DNA of 64,000 nucleotides. Origin: Takakia lepidozioides (taxonomy: Eukaryota > Plantae > Bryophyta). The first letter of the stretch is position 1; the number at the start of each line of letters is the position of its first letter. Below the pieces are notes generated by a model. That model was not told the DNA's origin and did not search any database. It saw nothing but the letters and a program-made list of their open reading frames with translations. The stretch spans positions 81,902,001 through 81,966,000 of the forward strand of contig CM060731.1 of NCBI GenBank assembly GCA_030704615.1. The letters are read 5' to 3'. A program made the position numbers and the translations under genes. Shown here piece after piece: positions 63,863 to 64,000 of this stretch.

Positions 63863-64000
63863 CTGGAACACAAACAAAGGAAACCTCATATCATCGACCC
63901 ACCTCAACAATCTTCGCATACTCAACCGGAAGCTGCAAACAAAGGAAAGCAGAGCTGATGATCGACCGACCTCAACATGGGCACAATGAGAACATCTGGC

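Overview
TE-dense nuclear DNA from a non-seed land plant. The PLS-DYW PPR genes and a Tcn1/Tf1-type chromovirus suggest a bryophyte or lycophyte (inference). Main contents, left to right: (1) 1-~7495 (-): a Ty3/gypsy-like retroelement whose polyprotein reads gag (2 CCHC knuckles) - aspartic protease - a complete DNMT3-like C5 cytosine methyltransferase domain. The ORF track misses this domain because of a 1-nt frameshift and because the frame runs off the window edge. (2) 12698-20036 and 20065-26517: two adjacent non-autonomous rolling-circle (Helitron/Helentron-like) elements with matching termini. Each carries a scrambled PLS-E-DYW PPR RNA-editing-factor gene plus an unrelated captured exon (plastid sigma factor; SUMO). 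A neighbouring tandem-repeat unit shows the empty sites. (3) A Pol IV/V second-subunit fragment, a MULE/OTU remnant, tRNA-derived SINEs and several tandem and palindromic arrays. (4) 43474-53077: a chromoviral LTR element with both LTRs, a GCTCA TSD and a self-priming PBS. Its chromodomain is split by a 4.1-kb Pack-CACTA that also carries PPR-gene pieces. (5) The last three exons of an apparently intact GT92/GALS-like glycosyltransferase gene at the right edge.
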